Part shown: piece after piece, positions 41,143 through 49,947 of the stretch
Layout: every line of letters begins with the position of its first letter
How positions within the stretch are numbered: position 1 is the stretch's first letter
DNA from: a virus
Taxonomy: Duplodnaviria > Caudoviricetes
Direction: 5' to 3' (one strand)
Length of the DNA stretch: 64,000 nt
IMG/VR virus record: IMGVR_UViG_3300025138_011172
Location: 1,638-65,637 of that record
Translations under genes and position numbers: made by a program
The notes under the pieces: model-generated
The model's input: only the letters and a program-made list of their open reading frames with translations
Told to the model about the DNA's origin: nothing
The model's database searches: none

Positions 41143-42041
41143 AAAAAGCATTAGTAACAGGAGGAGCTGGTTTTATTGGCTCTAATTTAGTAGATAAGTT
41201 AATAAATAAAGGAATAGATGTTATAGTACTAGATGATTTATCCACAGGTAAAATTGAAAATATTAACTCAAAAGCAAAATTTTGGAAAACTTCCTTATTA
41301 GATTTAACAGATACTTCATTTATTGGGATGGAGATTGATGTAGTATTTCATTTAGCAGCATTAGCTAGGGTACAACCTTCAATAGAAGATCCAATTAAAT
41401 ATAATAGTATAAATGTGGAAGGTACTCTTAAATTATTATTTGCAGCTCATAAAGCAGGAGTAAAACGTGTAGTTTATAGTGCTAGTAGTTCTTGTTATGG
41501 TAATGCTACTATTTTTCCAACTCCTGAAACCCACCCAACAAATCCATTATCTCCCTATGGTTTACAAAAATATATTGGAGAACAATATTGTGAAGTGTTT
41601 AGTGAAGTATATGGTTTAGATACTTGTTCGTTAAGATATTTTAATGTATATGGTGAGAGAATGAATTTAGAAGGAGCTTATTGTTTAGTTATGGGTATAT
41701 TTGCAAAGCAAATGTTAGATGGTAAACCTTTAACAATTACTAATGATGGAGAACAACTTAGGGATTTTACGTATGTAGGTGATGTTGTAGATGCTAATAT
41801 ATTAGCAGCAACCCATAAAAAAAACTTACAAGGAGAATCTTTTAATATTGGGAATTGTGATAATTATTCTGTTAATGAAGTAGCAGATATGTTAGGAGGT
41901 GAAAAAACTTACGGAGAAAAAAGATTAGAACCCTTTAAAACTTTAGCAGATAATAAAAAAGCTAAAAATATATTGGGTTGGGATCCAAAAGGAGATTTAC
42001 CCCAATGGATTAAAAAATATAAAAAAGACTTAGGAATATGA
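41139..42041 (+). CDS. NAD-dependent nucleotide-sugar epimerase/dehydratase
   Basis: TGGAGFIG, SPYGLQK, LRYFNVYG, RDFTYV. Confidence 0.92.
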   Translation: MKKALVTGGAGFIGSNLVDKLINKGIDVIVLDDLSTGKIENINSKAKFWKTSLLDLTDTSFIGMEIDVVFHLAALARVQPSIEDPIKYNSINVEGTLKLLFAAHKAGVKRVVYSASSSCYGNATIFPTPETHPTNPLSPYGLQKYIGEQYCEVFSEVYGLDTCSLRYFNVYGERMNLEGAYCLVMGIFAKQMLDGKPLTITNDGEQLRDFTYVGDVVDANILAATHKKNLQGESFNIGNCDNYSVNEVADMLGGEKTYGEKRLEPFKTLADNKKAKNILGWDPKGDLPQWIKKYKKDLGI

Positions 42042-42199
42042 ACAAATATAAGTATTTTCATAGATCAGACTTAAACAAGGAAACTGTAGGGGTTGTAAAA
42101 GCTAAAAATGAAAAAGAAGCTTTTTTAAAGGCTGCTAATAAAAAGCAACTTTCAATTTCTCATTTTATAAACTTATTTGCTATAGAAGAAATTAAATAA
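42038..42199 (+). CDS. Small hypothetical protein (53 aa)
   Basis: ATG..TAA ORF overlapping both neighbours. Confidence 0.5.
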   Translation: MNKYKYFHRSDLNKETVGVVKAKNEKEAFLKAANKKQLSISHFINLFAIEEIK

Positions 42200-42600
42200 T
42201 GAAAGAAAAAATCAAAAAATCTTTATTACCTATTGGGGGGAAAAATGTTAAAGTTGAAGAAAGTAAAAAATCTAAGGAAAATAAACATAAATTATTTTTT
42301 CTTCAAACTTTAAATACCTTAGTTTCAATCCAAGAACGTTCTGAAAAGTTATTTGTAGAATATGGAATTAATCAAATTATGTATGAAGATTTATATTTTC
42401 AAATTATAGAAGATTTAGTATATGAACATTTTGGATCATCAGTAGCTGAAGTAGTGTTTTGGTGGGTTAGTGATGTAAATTCTCCAAAAAATGAAACTTT
42501 TTATATTCTAGATGAAAAATCTGGGGTAAAACACAGGGTAAAAACTCCACTTCAAGTATATAACACTTTAAAAAAATTAAAGATATTTAAAAATATATAA
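42199..42600 (+). CDS. Hypothetical protein
   Basis: 133-aa coupled ORF. Confidence 0.55.
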   Translation: MKEKIKKSLLPIGGKNVKVEESKKSKENKHKLFFLQTLNTLVSIQERSEKLFVEYGINQIMYEDLYFQIIEDLVYEHFGSSVAEVVFWWVSDVNSPKNETFYILDEKSGVKHRVKTPLQVYNTLKKLKIFKNI

Positions 42601-42601
42601 T

Positions 42602-42913
42602 ATGTATCAAACAAAAACAATGGAATTAAAAATGATTGAATGTCCTAAATGTGGAGATGATTTTCCAAAACTAAGAAAAGAAAAATATGGTTATCATGTT
42701 TGTGTTAACTGTTCAACAGAAACCGCAAAAAGAGGAATACCTGTAATGAGAGGAACAGGGGATCATACATGGGTAGATTTAGAAGTAATGACTCAGGAAC
42801 AATTTGAACGTTTTGAAGAAATGGAAAAGAAAACAAAAAGTGAAGTAACCCCACTTAGAAATGAAGATAATAACCTACAAGGCCCATTTACTATAAAAGA
42901 AACAGATAATTAA
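42602..42913 (+). CDS. Zn-finger protein
   Basis: CPKC...CVNC. Confidence 0.55.
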   Translation: MYQTKTMELKMIECPKCGDDFPKLRKEKYGYHVCVNCSTETAKRGIPVMRGTGDHTWVDLEVMTQEQFERFEEMEKKTKSEVTPLRNEDNNLQGPFTIKETDN

Positions 42914-43560
42914 TGCCTGCAGCAAAACCCATATCAAAAGATATGTGTTTAGCAGCTATGGATAAAACGAAATCAGTTAAGGCAGCTGCTAGATATCTAA
43001 ATTGCTCATATCACCATTTAAAGCGTTATATGAAGCTGTATGTTGATGAAGAATCAGGTAAAACATTATTTGATAAACATAAAAACCAACAAGGTAAAGG
43101 TATACCTAAATTTTTAAGAGCAAGTGGTAAAGAGCCTGCTTTATTAGATATTATAGAAGGTAGAATAGATGTATCTTCATTTTCACCTGATAAATTAAAA
43201 TACAGACTTACAACTGAGGGTTATTTAGAGGAATGTTGTGGTAATTGTGGATTTCAAGAACATAGAGTAACTGACCATAAAGTCCCATTAATATTACATT
43301 TTAAAGATAAAAATAAACTAAATTATAGACTAGAAAATATTCAATTTTTATGTTATAATTGTTATTTCTTATTTATAGGTGAAGTATTTTCAGAACGTGA
43401 TATTATTAAACTAGAAGATAATAAATCAGTGACTAAAACTACAGATGCAGTAGATATGCAACTAGATGACTACCATTTACAGAGGCTACGTGAGTTAGGT
43501 TTAGATGGTGAAAATCCAACAGATGATGATGATCCTTATAATTTAGTTTCCTATAGCTAA
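42913..43560 (+). CDS. HTH plus degenerate HNH/Zn-finger protein
   Basis: SVKAAARYLN HTH-like; CGNC...LILH...NYRLENIQFLCYNC HNH-like. Confidence 0.6.
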   Translation: MPAAKPISKDMCLAAMDKTKSVKAAARYLNCSYHHLKRYMKLYVDEESGKTLFDKHKNQQGKGIPKFLRASGKEPALLDIIEGRIDVSSFSPDKLKYRLTTEGYLEECCGNCGFQEHRVTDHKVPLILHFKDKNKLNYRLENIQFLCYNCYFLFIGEVFSERDIIKLEDNKSVTKTTDAVDMQLDDYHLQRLRELGLDGENPTDDDDPYNLVSYS

Positions 43561-43599
43561 TTTGGTTTTCCCACGCTTTTTTATTATATTTATTACTGA

Positions 43600-43782
43600 A
43601 TGAAAAAAGGTAAAAAAATACCACTTCTTAAAAAAAATAAGCATAACAAAATTGTAAATGATTTTGAAACTACAAAATCAAGACATCTTGAAAAGCAGGC
43701 TACTAAAATGCTTAAAAAAGATGAACAATTTCAAAAACTTAAGGAGAAAAAAATAAATACTAACTTTTTAAACTTATTTTAA
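43600..43782 (+). CDS. Small basic hypothetical protein
   Basis: 60-aa ORF behind a promoter variant at 43561-43593. Confidence 0.5.
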   Translation: MKKGKKIPLLKKNKHNKIVNDFETTKSRHLEKQATKMLKKDEQFQKLKEKKINTNFLNLF

Positions 43783-43783
43783 T

Positions 43784-44098
43784 ATGGCACGAGAATTTGA
43801 AGTAAAAAATGCAGAGGAATTTGAACAATTAATTCAATCCCAAGATTTTAGAGTGTATGAAGCATTGGTTAGTACAGTATTAAAAAATCTTAAAAGTACT
43901 AAACGTCACCATCATGCTTTAAGTGTAATAAGCACTGATGAAGATTCAGTATATGATGTTACTATTGATAAAAAAGATTTCCACCATACATTAGAAGAAA
44001 GTTTATCAGCATACGAAAAAGAAGAAAAATATGAAGAATGTGCTAAAATAAAGGAAGCGATGAAATTTTTATCAAAAAAAAAGTTGAAGAAGAAATAA
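43784..44098 (+). CDS. Hypothetical protein with UVR-like C-terminus
   Basis: EEKYEECAKIKE motif. Confidence 0.55.
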   Translation: MAREFEVKNAEEFEQLIQSQDFRVYEALVSTVLKNLKSTKRHHHALSVISTDEDSVYDVTIDKKDFHHTLEESLSAYEKEEKYEECAKIKEAMKFLSKKKLKKK

Positions 44099-44114
44099 AT
44101 TCTATTATAAATTC

Positions 44115-44147
44115 TTTGGCTACCTGAAGAAGGATTCGTATATTTAC
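44115..44147 (+). promoter_or_regulatory. Early/host-sigma promoter
   Basis: TTTGGCTACC..TTCGTATATTTAC with fixed 15-nt spacer. Confidence 0.8.
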
Positions 44148-44172
44148 GGCATAAATAAAAATAATAAAGGTT

Positions 44173-44328
44173 ATGAATAAAGTAGAAAAAATAAGTCAAA
44201 TATGCGATGAAATGCTTGCATTTTCAAGAACCGCAGGTACAGTTGTAAAGGATGAATTAGATTATGATATATTAGCTGAAGAGCAAGCACAACAAGATGC
44301 TTATGAATCAGGTAGAGTTTTCCATTAA
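44173..44328 (+). CDS. Small early protein (51 aa)
   Basis: Follows promoter and AATAAAGGTTATG leader. Confidence 0.55.
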   Translation: MNKVEKISQICDEMLAFSRTAGTVVKDELDYDILAEEQAQQDAYESGRVFH

Positions 44329-44332
44329 AATA

Positions 44333-44365
44333 TTTGGTTACCTGGGAGAGGGTTCGTATATTTAC
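44333..44365 (+). promoter_or_regulatory. Early/host-sigma promoter
   Basis: TTTGGTTACC..TTCGTATATTTAC. Confidence 0.8.
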
Positions 44366-44393
44366 GACGTAAATAAAAAAATAAATAAAGGTT

Positions 44394-44510
44394 ATGAAAG
44401 AATTAGATTATTATATGTACCAATTTTCAGATGGAACAGTTGCCCCACATGAATTGAAAGATAAAGTTATAATAGCAATTTGGAAGGTTTATCAAAAATT
44501 AAGTAAATAA
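44394..44510 (+). CDS. Small early protein (38 aa)
   Basis: Follows promoter and AATAAAGGTTATG leader. Confidence 0.5.
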   Translation: MKELDYYMYQFSDGTVAPHELKDKVIIAIWKVYQKLSK

Positions 44511-44522
44511 AAAATTAAGGTT

Positions 44523-44966
44523 ATGGCATTATTCAAATTTCAAAATAACAATAAACATGGTAATCTAAGAACTAGAATAGTTCATAGTCCTACCTCACAA
44601 TTTTCATTTAAACCAAGAGGTTTAGGAAAATTTGTAAATGTGCAAAGATTTTACTATGAAATGGAGCATGCAACTCTATCTCCAATTCTATTTAAAGATC
44701 AAAATGGGGATAAAATAATGATGCCTGATGGTATTAAAGTTCATCCTGAAACTACCTTGGATGATATTAAAATAAAGAGGCCAAAACCTAAAAAGCGTAA
44801 AGAACCAATAATAGAAACACATATTAGCAGTTCAAGTGGTGATGAATATACTACAAAATATTTCCCGGATTCAGGTAAGATATATTGTTCATGTCCAGGT
44901 AGTTGGAGAGCAAAAGATAGGAGATGTAAACATATTAAAGCAATGGAATTAAAAGTTAAAAAATGA
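44523..44966 (+). CDS. SWIM zinc-finger protein
   Basis: C-terminal CSCP...CKH. Confidence 0.7.
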   Translation: MALFKFQNNNKHGNLRTRIVHSPTSQFSFKPRGLGKFVNVQRFYYEMEHATLSPILFKDQNGDKIMMPDGIKVHPETTLDDIKIKRPKPKKRKEPIIETHISSSSGDEYTTKYFPDSGKIYCSCPGSWRAKDRRCKHIKAMELKVKK

Positions 44967-45481
44967 AAGTTATGGATAAAAAAACCTTAAAACATTTAAA
45001 TAAATATTACCCTTTATTTTCAAATAATGGTAAAGCTTCAACTTCAGGTTATTTAGGAGAATGTATCTTATGTGATATATTAGGGTGGAAACAAATAGAT
45101 GGTGATGGTTATGATGCCGAAGCTGAAGAAACAGTTTATGTTAAAATAGGAAATTTAACCGTAAAAGATGCAACTAGGACTATAAGATTAGAAATAAAAA
45201 CAATGACAGATAATACTGACACTCATATTTTACCTTACAGCTCAGAATCTAAAAAAGGAAAACATCATTATTTAGTTGTATATTTCTTTACCCATGATAG
45301 AGTATCTATTATCCCCCATGATGAACTAGAAGATTTATTAAGTGAATCTGGTGTTGGAAAAACTATAAATTTAAATCCTGGTATAAGACATAACCACAGT
45401 AAACCAGTATATAGCCCCCTTACAAAATTATTTCTTAAATATGAATTAGATGATTTTAAAACATTATTAAATGAAAGGTAG
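44963..45481 (+). CDS. Putative PD-(D/E)XK nuclease-fold protein
   Basis: LGE...GYD...LEIKT. Confidence 0.45.
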   Translation: MKVMDKKTLKHLNKYYPLFSNNGKASTSGYLGECILCDILGWKQIDGDGYDAEAEETVYVKIGNLTVKDATRTIRLEIKTMTDNTDTHILPYSSESKKGKHHYLVVYFFTHDRVSIIPHDELEDLLSESGVGKTINLNPGIRHNHSKPVYSPLTKLFLKYELDDFKTLLNER

Positions 45482-45585
45482 ATATTATTGCGAAATGGAA
45501 AGCCCTATATACAGGCAAATAATAGCTGAAAAGCTAATAATAGAAGGTAAACAAATTAAAGGAACTAAAAAAGGAAAAAGGAAAA

Positions 45586-45813
45586 ATGCCTAGACAAAAA
45601 AGTTACATATTCCCAGTATCATTAGTATTTAAAACATCAAATCGTTCAAATGCTAAAACTAAAATAAAAGTCTATAAAACTAGAAATGTAGATGAAATTA
45701 TGGATGATTTAGAAAAAGGTAAATTACCTGGGGTACCTCCTAAAGCTAAAATAATCACTATTGGCTTAGGTGAGGGTATGGTTAAAAAATATAAACAACA
45801 ATATAATTTATAA
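45586..45813 (+). CDS. Hypothetical basic protein
   Basis: 75-aa ORF. Confidence 0.5.
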   Translation: MPRQKSYIFPVSLVFKTSNRSNAKTKIKVYKTRNVDEIMDDLEKGKLPGVPPKAKIITIGLGEGMVKKYKQQYNL

Positions 45814-45824
45814 TATTTATAAAT

Positions 45825-46166
45825 ATGGCATCATATACATCAGAACAATTAAGAGGAGCAGGTACACCTATAGAAGCAATAAGTGGTAATGTAACATTTA
45901 CTTTAACTAATCCTTCAAGCTCAGCTTATTTTACAATAGAAACAGTTAGAAATTCAGAAGGATTTTATTCTTCTTCATCACCCAAAAACTCCTTAGGGGT
46001 TTATAGTTCATTAAACCAAGTAAAAAGTTTAGTAACATCTTCTTATATAGCATCTGTTGTAGTTCCAATTGGTGGTGGGTCTTTTGATTTTAATCCTACT
46101 ACAAATATATCTGTAGGTACTTCTATGTTACGTGCAACTGGTAATATTTCATTAGAAATTTCTTAA
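45825..46166 (+). CDS. Ser/Thr-rich beta protein, possibly virion-associated
   Basis: Composition like the fibre genes; TATTTATA at 45814. Confidence 0.5.
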   Translation: MASYTSEQLRGAGTPIEAISGNVTFTLTNPSSSAYFTIETVRNSEGFYSSSSPKNSLGVYSSLNQVKSLVTSSYIASVVVPIGGGSFDFNPTTNISVGTSMLRATGNISLEIS

Positions 46167-46183
46167 AGACTCCTGCGTATATA

Positions 46184-46216
46184 TTTGGTTACCTTGAATA
46201 TTGTTCGTATATTCAC
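46184..46216 (+). promoter_or_regulatory. Early/host-sigma promoter
   Basis: TTTGGTTACC..TTCGTATATTCAC then CATGTAGTTAAG leader. Confidence 0.8.
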
Positions 46217-46261
46217 CATGTAGTTAAGAAAATCTTAACTTATTAAATAAAAATTAAGGTT

Positions 46262-46468
46262 ATGTTTAAATTTCAAGTTATTTTAAAAAATGGTAAAAAT
46301 GCAGATAGGTTATACAGTAGTATACCAAAAGCAATTAAAGCAAATTCTGGAAATATCCAATCAATTACTGAGATCCAATTAATGGATTTAAGCGATTCAG
46401 CTGATGGTAAAAATACATCCAGAGGTAAACAATTTCAAAGTAGAAAAAATAAAAACTATTCTAGGTAA
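46262..46468 (+). CDS. Small early protein
   Basis: 68 aa, behind promoter. Confidence 0.55.
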   Translation: MFKFQVILKNGKNADRLYSSIPKAIKANSGNIQSITEIQLMDLSDSADGKNTSRGKQFQSRKNKNYSR

Positions 46469-46471
46469 TTA

Positions 46472-46504
46472 TTTGGTTACTTAAAGTAGAATTCGTATAT
46501 TTAC
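46472..46504 (+). promoter_or_regulatory. Early/host-sigma promoter
   Basis: TTTGGTTAC..TTCGTATATTTAC. Confidence 0.78.
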
Positions 46505-46530
46505 ACAATTAAATTAAAAAAATAAAAGTT

Positions 46531-46773
46531 ATGTTAAAAGAATATAAGTACAAAGATGGATTATTAGAAAAAGGATTTTTACAAGCAAAAACCTTAATTG
46601 AAGAAGGAAATAAAGATAAAGCTCGTGATATTTTAGATGCTTGTATAGCTATAGTTGCTGAAACTAGATATACTAATGGTAAAGATATAGAAGATGAATT
46701 AGAAGGAGTTAAAATTGGAGTTTGGTTAAAAAGATTTTGGAATACTTTAGAAAATAATAATTTATTACTATGA
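46531..46773 (+). CDS. Hypothetical protein
   Basis: 80 aa, AATAAAAGTTATG leader. Confidence 0.55.
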   Translation: MLKEYKYKDGLLEKGFLQAKTLIEEGNKDKARDILDACIAIVAETRYTNGKDIEDELEGVKIGVWLKRFWNTLENNNLLL

Positions 46774-47090
46774 TAGAAGGTTATGACAAATTTATAACAT
46801 CATATGCTCCTAATTATAATTTTGGGATGTTTACTGAATATGGAAATGAAGAAGTTAGGAAAATGTTAGAAGAAACTGCATATGTTATATTTACCGATCC
46901 TAGTTTAGTTAGAATTAAATTTATTGAATATGTTAAAAAAACTATCAAAAAACTATACAATAATAATAGTAAAAGTTTAGCAGAAATTAGAGATACTGAG
47001 GTTGAAGAAGAAATAGCCTTATATTTAAACACAGCTCTTGAATTTGCTGGTCATAGGTTTAAATTAACAAGATGGAATATACAAAATTAA
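46770..47090 (+). CDS. Hypothetical protein
   Basis: 106-aa coupled ORF. Confidence 0.55.
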   Translation: MIEGYDKFITSYAPNYNFGMFTEYGNEEVRKMLEETAYVIFTDPSLVRIKFIEYVKKTIKKLYNNNSKSLAEIRDTEVEEEIALYLNTALEFAGHRFKLTRWNIQN

Positions 47091-47230
47091 AAAATAATGA
47101 AAAATAAAATAACAATAGACGATGTATGTAAATATGTTTCAAATTGTAGTAAAAGAGATTTATATTTTATCAAAAAATCAATAGATTTTAATAAAGAAAA
47201 ATTAAATATGTTTGAAGACTCAACTAAGTT

Positions 47231-47575
47231 ATGAATGTAAATTTATTATACGGGGTATTAATTTTTACCATAGCTCATATAGTAACTTGGTTTCAATTAA
47301 ATGGACAGTTTAAATGGGAATGGTTTACTAAACATGAATGGGTATTAGCTTTATTAGGGATACCAATGTCATTACTTTATATTTGGGGGACTAAATATAC
47401 GGTTCAAGGAATGGGTGGTTTGTTATGGCCAACACGTTTTATAGGATTTGGAATTGGAATGGTTATCTATTCAATATTAGTAAGTCATTTTTTTAATGAA
47501 GGTATAACAACAAAAACATTTATATCTTTATCATTAGCTGTTATATTAATTTGTATTCAAGTTCTCTGGAAATGA
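47231..47575 (+). CDS. Small multi-pass membrane protein (SMR/DMT-like)
   Basis: Four hydrophobic segments in 114 aa. Confidence 0.6.
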   Translation: MNVNLLYGVLIFTIAHIVTWFQLNGQFKWEWFTKHEWVLALLGIPMSLLYIWGTKYTVQGMGGLLWPTRFIGFGIGMVIYSILVSHFFNEGITTKTFISLSLAVILICIQVLWK

Positions 47576-47763
47576 AATATTACCATCACCAAGGACACTT
47601 ATATAACATTCTTAGAGAAATCCCAATCCATAATTTCCCAGATAAGGGTATGATTAAAAAGTTTATGGAAACTATAATACACTGTGATCATGTATTAATG
47701 AATAAAACCCATTATTTATTTTGTGAAACAGTGCAAGAAGCAGAAGTAGTTGAATATTTATAG
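47572..47763 (+). CDS. Hypothetical protein
   Basis: ATG at 47572 overlapping the previous stop codon. Confidence 0.5.
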   Translation: MKYYHHQGHLYNILREIPIHNFPDKGMIKKFMETIIHCDHVLMNKTHYLFCETVQEAEVVEYL

Positions 47764-47777
47764 TATATAATTAAATT

Positions 47778-49115
47778 ATGAAAGATTTTAAAAAATTTAT
47801 TAAAGAAGCATATTTAGGAAATCCCCTAAATGAAGACAGAAAAGCCACAGAATATATTAAATCTATTTCAGACCCTGAAGAAAGGGAATCTGAAAGGAAA
47901 AGAATGTTTGGTGATGATGAGCTAGATGAAGCAACTGATTTTAATGATCCTGCTTTAATAGCAGCAAGAGCAGCTCAAATGGCAGATGAAAAAGAAAAAG
48001 CTAGACAAGCAGCATTAGATAAAAAATATGGATCCAATTTTATGGATAAATTAGATGCTGAATTAGATTTAAAAGCTGAACTTGAAGATCTAAACCAAGA
48101 AAGGGAAATGATCATGATTGACATGGAGGAAGAAGCAGAACCAGAAGGGGGACCAATAGCTGATAGATATGGTGAAAGACTTAATCAAATTGATCAAAGA
48201 ATAGCAGATATTCAAGAAGAATTAGATGATTTAAGAATGTATGAATCAGTTAAAGAAATAACTACATCCCCTGTATCTGGCACAAAAGCGGGTGTTATTC
48301 ATTCATTAGATAATAGAAAGTATGTGTTAACAAGTGATATTAAAGGTGCTCAGATTGGAGATTTTATAAATGTAACTCTTCCTAAAGGAACAGTTATATA
48401 TAATTTACCTGGTGGAGTATTTGCAGATCATTTTTCTTTAAAGAACAAATATGCAAGTAGATCATCAAGCGGCCCACAATATTTTGAAAAGCCTACATTT
48501 AGTGGCATATCAATTAGACGAATGCCTGATATTTTAACTGCTATTGAAAATAATAGTAATGTTATTGAAGAATCATTAAATGAAGAATTTAAAGTTGGAG
48601 ATAAAGTAACTTATCTTGGACACCCAGGTGTAATAACTCACACTGAAAAAGACCCAATTGGTAGAGATTTTGTATCTATATCTTATGATAAAGGTAAGGG
48701 TAAAACAAAAGTAAGGATGATTTTAGCTAAAAGTCCTGTTGTTAAAGCTGTTAATGAAATGGAAGATGAAATGCTATTTATGGATAGAATGTATAAAGAT
48801 GCAGCTGAAACTTCAATTAATTTAGATGATTTTAAAAGAACCATTAAAGCTACATATGGCAAATATGCTGAAGATGATGATACATTAGAATCAGCATATG
48901 AAAGGTTTAGAATTACTAGACCAGATCTTGAAGAAGAAAAAGATACTGATGTAGGTGGTGGAGCTAAACAAGCAATTGGACTTGATATTGATGATGTCCA
49001 TGGTGGAGATGCTGCACTTGATGATGAAGTAGAAAAAATGGGGTATAATGAATCTAAAAAATTTGATTTTAAAAAGATGGTTAAAGAAGCTTTAACACCT
49101 GACTATCTTAAATAA
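47778..49115 (+). CDS. Acidic modular protein, possible capsid internal protein
   Basis: N-terminus MKDFKKFIKEA, repeated (L/V)xE sites, TATTTATA upstream. Confidence 0.5.
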   Translation: MKDFKKFIKEAYLGNPLNEDRKATEYIKSISDPEERESERKRMFGDDELDEATDFNDPALIAARAAQMADEKEKARQAALDKKYGSNFMDKLDAELDLKAELEDLNQEREMIMIDMEEEAEPEGGPIADRYGERLNQIDQRIADIQEELDDLRMYESVKEITTSPVSGTKAGVIHSLDNRKYVLTSDIKGAQIGDFINVTLPKGTVIYNLPGGVFADHFSLKNKYASRSSSGPQYFEKPTFSGISIRRMPDILTAIENNSNVIEESLNEEFKVGDKVTYLGHPGVITHTEKDPIGRDFVSISYDKGKGKTKVRMILAKSPVVKAVNEMEDEMLFMDRMYKDAAETSINLDDFKRTIKATYGKYAEDDDTLESAYERFRITRPDLEEEKDTDVGGGAKQAIGLDIDDVHGGDAALDDEVEKMGYNESKKFDFKKMVKEALTPDYLK

Positions 49116-49657
49116 TGAAAGGTAAAATATTATTTTTTATATTATTAGTTTTAATAGGATGTCGTAAAATTGATTCTGAGGGTTATAAAACTTACACAAT
49201 AAAAGAAGGTAAACATCGTTCAACTTACGCATATAATACTTCAAGAGATACAGTTTTTAATTGGTCTATAATATTTGATTCTACAGCTATTTACACAACC
49301 CAAGACTCAGCAAACCAATATGATATTAATAAATTAATTGGGTGGAGTGATTGTGATGAAAATCACATGGATTATTCAATTAGGTTTGGGTGGAGATGGT
49401 TAAATGATAATCTCGAAATACATTGGTTTAAACATACTAATGGTAGTTTTGATTTTGCTAAAATATGTAATGTTAGTTTATGTGAGGCCCATGAGTATTA
49501 TCTTTCATTAACTGGTTATAAATATAAGTTATGTGTTGATGGAAATTGTGTTAATTTAGATAGGTCATGTTCTAATGATTATAAAAAATATAAATTATAT
49601 CCTTATTTTGGGGGTCAAGAAGTTGCACCTTATGATATAAAAATTAAAATAAAATAA
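49115..49657 (+). CDS. Putative lipoprotein with beta-sandwich (lectin-like) domain
   Basis: Lipobox LIGC after a hydrophobic stretch; aromatic beta-rich body. Confidence 0.55.
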   Translation: MKGKILFFILLVLIGCRKIDSEGYKTYTIKEGKHRSTYAYNTSRDTVFNWSIIFDSTAIYTTQDSANQYDINKLIGWSDCDENHMDYSIRFGWRWLNDNLEIHWFKHTNGSFDFAKICNVSLCEAHEYYLSLTGYKYKLCVDGNCVNLDRSCSNDYKKYKLYPYFGGQEVAPYDIKIKIK

Positions 49658-49709
49658 TTCTTACTAGTATTTATAATAAAAGTTATTCTTACTTTAAAAA
49701 CGAAAATAA

Positions 49710-49946
49710 ATGAAAGAAGTATTAGACCTCGTTAAAGAATTTGGTTTATCTTTAGTAATAGCAATTGGAGCCTTATATGCTCTATACAAGTTTTTCTTCT
49801 TTAGCATTAGAGAGGTTAAAAATGAATTTGGAAAAAGACATGAAACCATGGCTAAAAACATGGAAGAAGTAAAAGTAAGCTTAGCTGAAGTAAAATCAGA
49901 TCTAAAATTAATAGTAGAATTTATTAAAGATGCCAAAACAAAATAA
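49710..49946 (+). CDS. Small single-TM plus coiled-coil protein (holin-like)
   Basis: One TM segment then heptads; TATTTATA at 49668. Confidence 0.5.
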   Translation: MKEVLDLVKEFGLSLVIAIGALYALYKFFFFSIREVKNEFGKRHETMAKNMEEVKVSLAEVKSDLKLIVEFIKDAKTK

Positions 49947-49947
49947 G

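Noticed and set aside
22267-42041. Bacterial chromosomal LPS/capsule locus
   Set aside because: Flanked by T4-like replication genes and phage-type small ORFs with the same composition; no flippase, polymerase or exporter recognised
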